Source: Ascidiella aspersa (Eukaryota). From it: a DNA stretch of 64,000 nucleotides. The translations under genes and the position numbers were made by a program. This document shows positions 1-10,700 of this stretch, one piece after another. The notes below the pieces were generated by a model that saw only the letters and a list, made by a program, of their open reading frames with translations, searched no databases and had not been told where the DNA came from. Where the stretch lies: the NCBI GenBank assembly GCA_963924565.1, contig OZ004611.1, forward strand, positions 21,018,001-21,082,000. Reading direction: 5' to 3'. Numbering within the stretch: position 1 is the first letter of the stretch; each line of letters opens with the position of its first letter.

Positions 1-1061
1 ATGTTATTTAGATATGTTTTCAACGTTGCCAACATATTGCCAATGCAACCATCGCAAATCAAAATTATTATAGAAGAAACTACAAGTTTATTCATTTCTT
101 TAAATTGTTTTAAACTGAACATGTCAAACTAAACAATTTATTCCTATAAATCAAAATTCACTCTGTCATGTCTACAAAATTGTATTTTTTTCGCAAAGTC
201 TGCCATGTTGCACTTTCTTTCTCTGCAATTATTTTTTTACTTTGGGTCACTACATTCTACTCTAAACAACGGACACAGTGCCACTGTTTTTGATAAGATT
301 TTGTATTTTGCAGTCTGTTTTCGTTGACGGTTGCATAAACCTTAGCGTCATATCACACGAAAGTTGTGCTTTGAAGCCACAATTACTTCATATACAAATT
401 AGAATTCTATTTATTGATCGAAATGCCTAATTTAGGAATACTCTCTTTCCCGACCCATTGTGTTGATCGCTTTTAATAAAGTAATTCGAAAACAATGGCT
501 CATTCAGTGGAAACAAAGTTGTGTCTTCTTATTTATCAGATGGAATATTGCGCAAAGCCATATAGACCTTGTGGAGTATTATTCTTTGCCGAGTACTATT
601 CGCACTATAATAACAAGATATTTTGCATTTCATGAACGACTTTTCGAATTAATCTTTGTTGTCGTCTCACAGCAGTGGAGAGTGCAATAAAGGGACATTT
701 GTAAAGCAATTTCTTATTCAAACATCTTGCTAAGGATATATATTAATTTAAAGCGATTAACACCACTAATTCATTCTACAAAATCGCTTCAAATTATATT
801 GGGTTACATTGTTTTTTTATACAAATTTACGCCTATAGTCTATATTAAAATAAACTTTAAATGTAGATCATCTTCTTAGGTAACATTTTTGTGGGATGCT
901 GTTATCGTACATATTTTTCACCAAACAGATTAACAGTTTATCTGTGTTTTTGTTTAAGTTCTTTTGTTCTTATTCGAACAAACATTTTGTCAAATTAGCC
1001 TGGAAAAAGTTACTCTTTAATTGTGGGTTATTCTTAATTTTCCCTAAAATAAAAAAAATAT

Positions 1062-1860
1062 TTATTTTAGCCCAAACTTTTCACAAACAACATCTGGCAA
1101 TATGTATTTATTCTCAATTTTTTTTTCGCGCATTAAACCAGCAGCAAAACTCTGTTTCTTGTTAAAGATTTTCACGCTCACTCTGTTACCAGCATCTAGT
1201 GTTTCGTTGACAGAGAGTGTTGTCAAACAAATGTCTTCTTTCATAGAGAAAACGTTGTCTATATGTCCAGCTCGTTGTCGTGGCGCAAAGAATCTGCGAA
1301 ATCAAACAGCATTTATCGCATTTAGGTTATATTTCTGCTTACGCATTATCAAAGATCAAACATATCATGCCTAAACAACCTTTCACCTAACCCCAAAACC
1401 CACCCTGAAGTACATCACTAACTCTCCTAACAGTATTAACCCTAAGCCAATTTCTAACCCCTACCATTGCCCCTAAAATATGCTTGCATTATAAAAGCTA
1501 AGGGAATAATGAAATATTCGAAACGTTTGAAATGATACCTGCTTATATATGGGCTTTGATATTCCAAGTGCTTCCAACTAAAATCTCCAATCGTTATGCT
1601 CCAAAAACTATCAAGCTTGTACTTTGTTTTTTTTTCAAGTTGTTTTAATTGTGAAAGCAACGCGCAACAAAATTAACCGATTTGTTATCAAAAAAAAAAA
1701 CTGTAATCTGTCTTCATTTGTTTAAAATTATGCCGTTTTTCCGGTTATTTGCCGCGAGATCAGACAGGATGGCGAGGAAAGTGGCTTACCTTAAACGCAG
1801 GCCCCGATCGCAAACAACAGATTTAGTCAGATGTTTACACTCCCTGGTGATTTCTGCCAT
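1062..1860 (-). CDS. Putative two-exon gene of unknown function (about 100 aa; MAEITRECKHLTKSVVCDRGLRLR-FFAPRQRAGHIDNVFSMKEDICL...); may be incomplete or a pseudogene
   Basis: ATG at 1860. Exon 1860-1790 ends AG|gtaagc (phase 2). Acceptor tttcgcag at 1293 continues in frame into ORF 1062..1244. No recognisable homology beyond a weak Neuralized/NHR-like spacing. Confidence 0.35.
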
Positions 1861-1885
1861 TGTGTAAAGCGTTCAAAGTCTAGTG

Positions 1886-2201
1886 CAGGTGTTCTTGAAC
1901 TGGGGTCCATGGACCCTTGGGGGTCCGTGAACTAATTTCAGGGGGTCCATGAAGGCCAAATTGAAATATTAGTGTACGTTTGAAAAGTAATCAAATTAAA
2001 AAAAGAGTTTAATTAAAAATGAAACGTTTTACCACTGAATTAGACTCCTTTTTACATAAACCATCAGCATATTTCTGACAGACTATTTGATTGTGACGTC
2101 AATTTATGAGATCATTTTTAACAATTTCTTACCTACAGGGGTCCACGTGAAGCAAAAAATAATTTTAGGGGTCCGCGGTGAAAAAAGTTTAAGAACCCCT
2201 G
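1886..2201. mobile_element. hAT-type MITE
   Basis: Imperfect TIRs CAGGTGTTCTTGAAC / GTTTAAGAACCCCTG; perfect 8-bp TSD GTCTAGTG at 1878-1885 and 2202-2209. Confidence 0.85.
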
Positions 2202-2296
2202 GTCTAGTGCGAAGACTGACGGACGAATTTGAATTTTATTTTTGCGTTTTATTTCATTACATAACATCTAACGAGGCTTAATGGAATTGTTTAATG

Positions 2297-2494
2297 TTAA
2301 GTGGCCAACTCACCCCGGTCTTGGTCATACCAGTTGCCCCATTCGCCATACCAGAGTTCCCGGTCGTCATACCAAGCACGTCTTCTACGAGAAAGCTGTT
2401 TATACTTCTTGTACTTGTTGCCATGATGGCTTCCAGAACCAAGAACGGACGAAACCAGAAATAAAAATACGATGGTCAAAATCAACTTGTTCAT
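2297..2494 (-). CDS. Secreted WYD-motif peptide precursor 1 (signal peptide, basic pro-region ending RRRR, then AWYDDRELWYGEWGNWYDQDR)
   Basis: MNKL + hydrophobic signal. Acceptor ttttcag lies immediately before the ATG. Non-coding exon 1 ends CAAG|gtaagg at 2713; TATAAA at 2769-2764. A phase-1 donor G|gtgagt at 2314/2313 may splice over a 46-nt intron to 2267 (DVM*); otherwise read-through gives GELAT*. Confidence 0.8.
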   Translation of the reverse strand: MNKLILTIVFLFLVSSVLGSGSHHGNKYKKYKQLSRRRRAWYDDRELWYGEWGNWYDQDRGELAT

Positions 2495-2712
2495 CTGAAA
2501 AAAAACAGCAAATGGTTATGTTTTATTTTGAATGGCGTCAACTGCGGTTATAGATAATACTGGGACCAGCCCAAACGGACCACCCACAAACGTTATACTC
2601 TATTCTTTATGGAATTTTAAATTCTACTTTGATTACTTCATATATTCTATACTCCTAATAGCGGAATAATACTTAATAATGTTATTCATCATTGTTTCGC
2701 AAATGGCCTTAC

Positions 2713-2826
2713 CTTGGCTTGAGTGAAATAAGGCAACGTGATTACAGCGTACCCTGGAGATTATTTATAGGTTGGACCAGGGCGTTTTACTTATCAACTT
2801 CCTTTAACATTCCAGGAAAATTCCAA
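2713..2826 (-). promoter_or_regulatory. TATA promoter and short non-coding exon 1 of WYD precursor 1
   Basis: TATAAA about 50 bp upstream of the CAAG|gtaag donor. TGATAA (GATA site) and a kappaB-like GGAATTTTCC (2824-2815) lie upstream. Same layout in the two paralogs. Confidence 0.6.
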
Positions 2827-5572
2827 GCGACCGTTTGGCAGTCGGCGCACTCTTTAGCAACAACAGGTTTTGTTTCACTCATATGCTTGGCAAAGTGTCT
2901 TGGAACAAGGAAATATTTTTAACAGACTGCACGTCATTGTCCTGTGGAACGTTTGCTTTTGCCTTCTATAAAACATTGGTAAACGAGTCTTTTCCAGAAA
3001 TCAAAACCCATATCGTTTGTCAAATATTGGGACCGGTCCGCTGTAAGCCATAGTCTGCAACAACTGTTTTTCAGGACCGAAACCCCACTTTGCTTTAGAT
3101 CATACGAAACAATTGGTTCCTAGAGATCATTTTGTTGCAAAAACTATTCACTGCCATCACAGCGAATGTTCTCAACCTTAAAACTTTAACTGAAACTTTA
3201 CAGTACAAGTTTTGAGTTAAGCTTGGCATCGTTACAATCAAAGAAGCAATTATGCAATTACAATTTTCAGTTTTTTTTTCTTTTTATAATAGGCTAATCG
3301 CGAGAAAAATGTGTTAGCTCATGATAGTTGAATGATATCTAAAAATATTTTATAGAACTTTAGAATTGTTTTAGGTCAACATTGTTTTTGTGTTCGGCCT
3401 GCACATAAACGTCTTCCCGTTGTTTTTGGCATAGTTTACACGACTGGAAGTATCGTATAAAGTGCCTGTTTGGTTTCGTTTAAAATAGAGGAACGGTCAG
3501 AAGCACAAACGTTTCGTACAGAGACACTTCCTGGAAATGTTGCGCTTCGACACTCCGGGTACGACAAGTTTTCCTAAGATCGTGGGCGGTTTCGCCAAAA
3601 CGTGTGGAAATCCCTCTTCAACTGTTCTGTTGACGATAACCGGGCGATGAAAATCATCACGAAACTTACGCAATGCAATACTACTCGCCAAAGTTGTGCA
3701 ATCACACACCCTTTGAAGGGAGTTTTCGGGCAGATTTTCAATGTTGCAACGCTCTGTATTGATCTTTTTGTTAAAAACCAACATTCTAAACCAGTACTAC
3801 GCAACCTTTTTTTTTACTGGCGGCACACTATGAGCTAATCGATATTTGGCGGCACCAAATAATTGTAAATCGACGTTACAGATAAGAACCATGCAAGACA
3901 ATCTATAAGTTAAGGAACGTTTTTTGGTTAAATAGGCCTAAGGCACAAAAAATTGGCGTGTTAATGTGTCTTCATATTACAATTTTGCTGTATTTGTCCT
4001 AAAATACCTTATGCCGCTTAAATTCATAAAAAAATACTTTTCTTGCTATAGTCAGAGGACTGTATAAAATCCAAGTACGTCTTGAAGTTAAACCACAGTT
4101 AGTGCATGTAGGCTTGGAAAACTTTTGGCTTCTTTTTATAGTTTAAGTCAAACATTATTCGCCTAACTTAAAACACGTGTGTGTTGTTTTAACATTTATT
4201 TAGCATCTACGATGCATGCTAAACCACGAAGGAAACTAAAAGTGTCTCTTTTAAAAGACAATAGCTTTATATTTCGAGTAGGCTAATGGAACGTACCAAA
4301 TTATTATCAGTAAGCTTTTTGTATCGTGGTTAAGTAAATGGTATTAAACATTCTGTTTTAACCGTTTTCAGAAAATACCGGCATACTTGAGCAAATCGTT
4401 TTATTTTTCAGTACAAAATTAGCATTTTAGTTCAGTTGAGCATTTCTAAACGGAATATATTCATTGGTGTGCTGCTTTGTTGAGTAAATGGTAATTCTAG
4501 CCTAAAAATGAACATCGTCAAGTTTGCAAATTGATTTTATTAACAACTTGTTGGCTAACGGCAACTGTGTGTAACGCAGTTTCGAAATCCCGAGTTTTCA
4601 GTCTGCCTCCGGCAAATTTGCCGATTCTGTCTTGCGACTCCGACTCTATGCCATGCACAACATCCCTTTAGATGTTTAAAATAGGGTGGATGATCTATAT
4701 CAATCCACTGAATGTGGGGTACCATATAACTTATCCGCCAACTATTCGTAGTTGGCAAATTTTTACCACATGCCATTTCACCTATACAATTTACAATTTT
4801 ATCGGTTTCGAATATCGCGGCCTCTTTTGGGTTATTTGGACTTTGGACTCGGGTATCATACGAAATTTTACGCAAGTTTCAAGTCCCTAGTTTGATTGTA
4901 GCAAAATAAACCGACTTTGTCGAGTCCTTAATCCAAACACCGCGGTCCTGCTTACAATAGAAATACTTTGGCTTTTATTGATATTATCATTTTTCGTTTT
5001 TATAACGACAGGTGTACTATCTATAAACTAGCAAAAACATTATTCGTGACGCTTTCAAGAATGAATAGCTTTATATTCTGGGTAATCGATTGTAATGAGT
5101 TGTTATCAATAAGCTGCATGAAAATATATTACTCTTTAAAGATGAAATATGACAGCCCAGGCTATAATTTTACTAATTTTTAACTAAATTTTTATCTTGG
5201 TTAAGTAAATGTAATATTAATATATATTCCTGTTTAAACCATTTAAAAAAAAACTACTGCCATATGGGCCTACTTATAGCACAACGCTTTCTTTTTTAGC
5301 GGTCAGTTTCACATTTAGGCTAACATTCCATTTCGTTTTGAGCATATATATACCGAATATGTAGCTGAATATTTAAGTTCATAGCAATACTGTCCTTCAT
5401 AGAAATGTACAAAAATACACATTGCCAAAAGTTTTGATTTTATTATAATAGCAACAGTTAAAATAAACACATTTCAATTAGTTTCCGAAACCCTGTCAAT
5501 CATCGATGTCATCTTAATATAATCCATAATCCTATTTACAAGAGGTAACGTGTGGCCATCTAGAAAATCAAG

Positions 5573-6309
5573 TTAGGCACCAGCTTCTTCACTGTCCGCC
5601 ATGGGGAAATAAATTTCGTTTTCTGCAAAATAATATTACAAAATATGTCATATCAAGATACTAAATGCCTTTGTCGAATAAAAAGCATTGATATCATGGG
5701 TATATGTTAAATAAAGCATTAATATTATAATTTTTGCTGAAACTATATATTTTCATTCAAAAGAAATTGCAGTGTACTTCACAAAATTCTTTTTAACTAA
5801 GATTATCCATATGTAATGATCCGTTAACCTGATCGTAGCCTCAATACCAGTGTTTTTTAACACAAAACATTTGTTCCCCCTTTACACAAAACAGCAGTTT
5901 TATTACTTTTTCCCTTCATACATGGACAAGAGATAAATTTCTTCATATTATCTGCTTACTAATGGTGCGTTCAAGCTATATTTTCCAAAATGAACAAACG
6001 TTACCCGGCACTGCTAAGAATCTTCAGCATATAGTTTGAGAATCACAGCTCTTTAGGCAAAACACTCACCAACAAACCAACACTAGTGTTTGCTGAAAGT
6101 ACAAATTAATTACCTTCTTGGTCAAACCAAGGCCCCTGTGTAGGTTCTTGGTAATGCCACGGCTTCTGTTTTTGCTGCTGGTAATTCCACGGCCCCTGTT
6201 TAGGGTAATTGTGCCGTGGCCACTGTTTATTCGGATTCTGTTTGCCTTGCACATTTAGGATGGAGATGGTCAACATCAGTAGCACGAGGGTCAAAGAAAG
6301 CTTGTTCAT
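5573..6309 (-). CDS. Secreted Trp/Tyr/Gln/Lys-rich peptide precursor 2 (exons 6309-6114 and 5622-5573; about 81 aa)
   Basis: MNKLSLTLVLL signal peptide; acceptor tttttag directly before the ATG. 10-aa periodic PW motifs (GPWNY, KPWHY, GPWFD). Phase-1 donor G|gtaatt; the in-frame acidic last exon ENEIYFPMADSEEAGA* follows a ttttgcag acceptor. The last-exon assignment is less certain than exon 2. Confidence 0.8.
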
Positions 6310-6570
6310 CTAAAAAGGTAAACATTGAGAAAATGTTACAACAAAATCAGTTCGCCAATTATAATAAACAAATTTTTTTATAGAAAATTCAAACCCTAAT
6401 AAAGGATTTGATGCTGATAAACAGTTATCAGCCACTATAGACGCAAATTGTTCTTTTTCATAAGCGTACAATGTACATATTTTTTAAACAATGCAACTTT
6501 GCTCTTCGCGTTACAAACAAAAAGGATAAATAACGTAAATTAGATAATATTTTTGATGGCTTTCACTTAC

Positions 6571-6690
6571 CTTGATGGAAGTGTATAAAACATAGTGATT
6601 AAATGGCGCTCGCACACGATTTATATAGTTGTCAGCTTGGGCGTTTTCTGTTATCATTCCTCCTTACTTTTAAGAAATTTTAAAACAAGC
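6571..6690 (-). promoter_or_regulatory. TATA promoter and non-coding exon 1 of precursor 2
   Basis: CTATATAA at 6628-6621; donor CAAG|gtaagt at 6571; TGATAA; upstream block alignable to that of precursor 3. Confidence 0.6.
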
Positions 6691-6979
6691 CTTTGTCAGT
6701 GCCAGTTTCTGGAAACAAAATTGACAGACACCATACTTCCTATATTTTGTTATCATTACATTTTAAGTTAGGTTCTCATTGTTTAACTTACTTCAAATCT
6801 GTCAAACTGCTACCTTTTCAAAACGATAAACCAACTAAAAATGGGTCGTAAGAGTAAATATGGATAATAATCTTCAGTACGGACAAACTTAAATTTTCTG
6901 CTCCATAAGATAACCTATTTTGGACACAACAGAATGTCGTTATAGAAAACACGACCTTCGTAATGCCCTAGGCCTAATG

Positions 6980-8318
6980 CAAGGGTCGAGCTCGCGAGCC
7001 ATATATGGTTCTTTCGACGAAAGAATCTTGCTTGCAGAAAAACCTAATATATCATTTCTCAGCTTGATTTCAATAAAACTGCACGCGGGCCGCTTTCCTA
7101 ACCTTAATGGCCGCTTTCCTTACCTTATATTTCCTTTTTATTAACATAGTAGCAAATTTTCGGCGCTTCGCGCGAATCCTACTTGTTTGTTTTTAGACTG
7201 TTATCCCATTTGAAGGAATCTCTTAATATCCAAAAGGTCCTGTTCTTTTAACGGAACGGCGTAATCAAAGTTGTGTAAATTTGGCTAATTCATTTTTGGT
7301 GCATATCGTGTTCTGTCCTTTTAATGAGAACAAAATAAAACGGCCCTGCTCAATTTTCTATATTTTTGCCAGCCTATAACTAGATCAGCGCTTCTCAACC
7401 GGTGCGCCGCGAGCAAAAGGAAAAATTTTGTAATATGTAAAAATTATTTTTAACTTTCCTATTAAGCTTAGCTCATTGATTCCAAAGTACTTTTAAGTAC
7501 AAAGCTCAATAAGACCTTCAAAGCAACAGCATCTAAATCAGATCTATAATACCATAGTATACCACCGACATATAATAACTCCAACTTCGCAGTAATAACC
7601 ACGACAGAATAAGATCTAAAATAGTTTACATGAGACCTTAACATGTCGAAATAAGTCCAAAATTAATCGGAAAAATACAACGTCCCAGACTGTAAGGAAA
7701 GGGTATGGGTTGATTAGGGGACACCTGTTTGGCATTGGACGTTTGCTGTCGACATTTGGGCGCCTCTGTTTTGGCCCTGGATGTTTTGCCCCTGTTTGGG
7801 CTTATGGCGGGTAGCTTGTGGTGTTAGCATTTGGGTTAGGGTTGAAAATATTAGGAAAGTTAGTGATAGTTATAGGTGGGGCTTAGGGTTAGATAAGAGG
7901 TTATATAGGCAATATTTTGGCAATTTTTATCTGATTTCGATTTCGTTATTATTACGACTATTAGGTATTAGTCTTATTTTCGCCCTTTTCCTAACTGTCT
8001 TTTATTCCGAAGTTGCTTTTGTTCTTATTTTGGTCTCAAGGCTAGAGACCCTTTAAAGATATGCAACTATAAATCCTATATAACCAAAAATTGCAAGCAT
8101 TTTAAAAGAAATACCGGTACACCTAAAAAATTTCGCACTCGCTTCCCTCGCAAGGTGCGCCGCGGCGTTTCCAGATGTCTCTACGTGCGCCACCAAGTAA
8201 AAAAGGTTAAGAAACGCTGAATTAGATATTAAAAAAGTGTTATATGGCTCTCATGGAAATACAACGAAGGAAATTTGGCTTTTATGTCTCCCTTAGGTAA
8301 AAAGGTTCCCGACCTCTG
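6980..8318. mobile_element. hAT-type MITE (outer) containing a nested MITE
   Basis: Ends CAAGGGTCG.. / ..GGTTCCCGACCTCTG; near-TSD GCCTAATG / CCCTAATG. Confidence 0.55.
7386..8219. mobile_element. Nested hAT-type MITE
   Basis: TIRs CAGCGCTTCTCAACC / GGTTAAGAAACGCTG; TSD AACTAGAT / AATTAGAT (1 mismatch). Confidence 0.75.
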
Positions 8319-8863
8319 CCCTAATGGGTTTTCTTTCGTCACCTGTCGCTAATAAAAGCGGTAATTAAAATCACTTTCTGCTCAACTGCTAAAATAAATT
8401 TCTCGCCTTATAAAGTATTCTATCGGTTCGTAAACGCTATTTAGGCTTAACAAGATTGACATCATAAATAAAATCGATTAGATTTTTTTTTAGTTCATAA
8501 ATTCATAAATGGACGAGTAGCCTAATGCAAAGTAATGCATAGGTATTGCAAACTTTCTTTTACTATTGAAAAGTTTTAATTTTCTTATTAAATCCATTCC
8601 ATCATATATTTTCTATTGTTGACCTTGTAATATATTTATGACTAAGCTATAGACTGTTTAGCAACCGTAAAGTTTGGTTTCTGGACATTTCGAGGTTTCT
8701 TGCGTCGTTGGTGTATCCAATAAGCTTACTATTGCAGAGGGTATTTAAATGCTGTATGCTTTGCAAAAAGAAAACAAATATTTTAAACTTCTTTGTTTAT
8801 TATTTATTTGGCAACGCAGTTTCTCAATGATGGCGTGCTCATCGATGTCATCTCTGTGTGATC

Positions 8864-10233
8864 CTACTGGCCTTCATTTTCCTGCAGACCAGCATCTGGA
8901 AAATTAAAAGGGTCAGTCATGTTTTCCTTGTCCAGCATTGGCAAACATTTTAATTTTGGCAAAATGATAGACAAGATGTTGCAACCTGCCAAGTGCGATG
9001 TGAAACTCAAAGTATCAATATTCTAGTCATAAATTTGTTGTTTAAAATATCAATAATGTTTGACAGCCGCATTTGTCTTAGTAAACAACTGAAAAAGCAG
9101 TGGCATTGTAGGCAAAGCCGAGCTTTCGCAGAACCGTTCTTCTTCAGGTCAGAGAAGAATAAAATAAATAATTCTTCCTCCGACCTGAGCACAGTTATGC
9201 GGAAGCTCGTCAACTTCAAAATACGATTTTTCTACAGTGGCTCTTTTTTTACCTCTATTTACAATTATACGGCGAAATCGGATGTCGCTCATAAAATCAT
9301 TATCGGTTGGGTAAGTATATTCGCATTGGACCAAACTCGTAGTACCAAGCGCTAGTCGCCCTACAACACTGGGTCTATATATTGCTAAGGACTCAACAAG
9401 AACTCACCGTGGTCATACCAGCTACCAGCTTTATGATGGTCATACCAGTTTTCAGCTTTTGGCTGGTCATACCAGTTTTCAGCTTTAGGCTGATCATACC
9501 AGCTACCACCTTTGTAATGGTCGTACCAGTTTTCAGCTTTTGGCTGGTCATACCAGTTTTCAGCTTTAGGCTGGTCATACCAGCTACCAGCTTTATGATG
9601 GTCATACCAGTTTTCAGCTTTAGGCTGGTCATACCAGTTTTCAGCTTTAGGCTGGTCATACCAGCTACCAGCTTTATGATGGTCATACCAGTTTTCAGCT
9701 TTAGGCTGATCATACCAGCTACCACCTTTGTAATGGTCATACCAGTTTTCAGCTTTTGGCTGGTCATACCAATTTTCAGCTTTAGGTTGGTCATACCACC
9801 TGCCAGCTTTATGATGGTCATACCAGTTTTCAGCTTTTGGCTGGTCATACCAATTTTCAGCTTTAGGTTGGTCATACCAGCTGCCAGCTTTATGATGGTC
9901 ATACCAGTTTTCAGCTTTAGGCTGGTCATACCAGTTTTCAGCTTTAGGCTGATCATACCAGTTACCACCTTTGTAATGGTCATACCAGTTTTCAGCTTTT
10001 GGCTGGTCATACCAATTTTCAGCTTTAGGTTGGTCATACCAGCTACCAGCTTTATGATGGTCATACCAGTTTTCAGCTTTAGGCTGGTCATACCAGTTTT
10101 CAGCTTTAGGCTGGTCGTACCAGGACTTATCTTCAAGCTGGTCGTACCAAGAACCCCCCTTGGCCTTTCCATGTACATCCAGAATGGAAATGGCCAGAAC
10201 CAACAACACGAGAGTAAACGAAAGCTTGTTCAT
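8864..10233 (-). CDS. Secreted WYD-repeat precursor 3 (exons 10233-9408 and 8895-8864; about 285 aa; 28 nine-residue xxKxxxWYD-type units)
   Basis: Signal peptide MNKLSFTLVLLVLAISILDVHG; acceptor tttttag before the ATG. Units: 17x QPKAENWYD, 6x HHKAG(S/R)WYD, 3x HYKGG(S/N)WYD and 2 divergent N-terminal units. Phase-1 donor G|gtgagt; last exon DAGLQENEGQ* after ttttccag, followed by AATAAA. Confidence 0.9.
9412..10167 (-). repeat. Coding 27-bp tandem repeat (28 units) with 81-bp higher-order periodicity
   Basis: Recurring ggtcataccagttttcagctttaggct and variants; unit order mostly A-A-B. Confidence 0.95.
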
Positions 10234-10579
10234 CTAAAAAAAAATCGTCAAATGACGCTCATTATGTTATGTTCAGGTGCCTCACAGATAGCCAGATTCA
10301 AACCTCAGTAAAAATGAGACAGTGTTTATTAAAAAATAATATATTTAAAAAACTTACTTTATTTGTAACTATAATCTATATTTGTGTCAAAGAGATATAA
10401 TGAAGGAAACCTATCACTACAAAGCATTGTATCTTTTTATTTAAAGTACTGTTTTCTACGATTAAAAAATCGTTAATGCAAAATAGAAAATCATCTATTG
10501 GCCCAGCCATACTTTTGACCAGTTACAAAGTGAAATCAATAAATTAATAAATCTATAATTCGATTTACCTTTCGCTTAC

Positions 10580-10700
10580 CTTGATATAATAAAATACAAC
10601 TATAATGAATACATGGCAATCCAGCGGGACTTATATAGAGTTTTTGCGTGACAATTTTTGTTGTCAATTCCATAAACTTTCAAGAAAATTTCAAACAATA
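10580..10700 (-). promoter_or_regulatory. TATA promoter and non-coding exon 1 of precursor 3
   Basis: CTATATAA at 10638-10631; donor CAAG|gtaagc at 10580; same spacing as in the paralogs. Confidence 0.6.

Noticed and set aside
1380-1475. CCCTAA-like tracts here and TTAGGG-like tracts near 7830-7880
   Set aside because: Short and degenerate; they look like parts of interspersed repeats rather than telomeric arrays.
3497-3838. Overlapping ORFs in a slightly GC-richer patch
   Set aside because: No recognisable motif or consistent splice model.
6068-6113. Extra micro-exon in precursor 2 (tttcag..gtgagt)
   Set aside because: It would require a 21-nt intron; cannot be supported without transcript data.
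9412-10167. CRISPR-like appearance of the regular repeat
   Set aside because: There are no unique spacers or cas genes; it is a coding tandem repeat in a eukaryotic gene.
2297-10233. Classical neuropeptide (e.g. Wamide-type) precursors
   Set aside because: No Gly-Lys-Arg amidation or cleavage sites flank the repeats.
9382-10311. 309-aa hydrophobic + strand ORF and 261-aa alternative-frame minus ORF (9393-10178)
   Set aside because: By-products of a stop-free 27-bp repeat. Only the WYD frame has a signal peptide, splice sites and paralogs.
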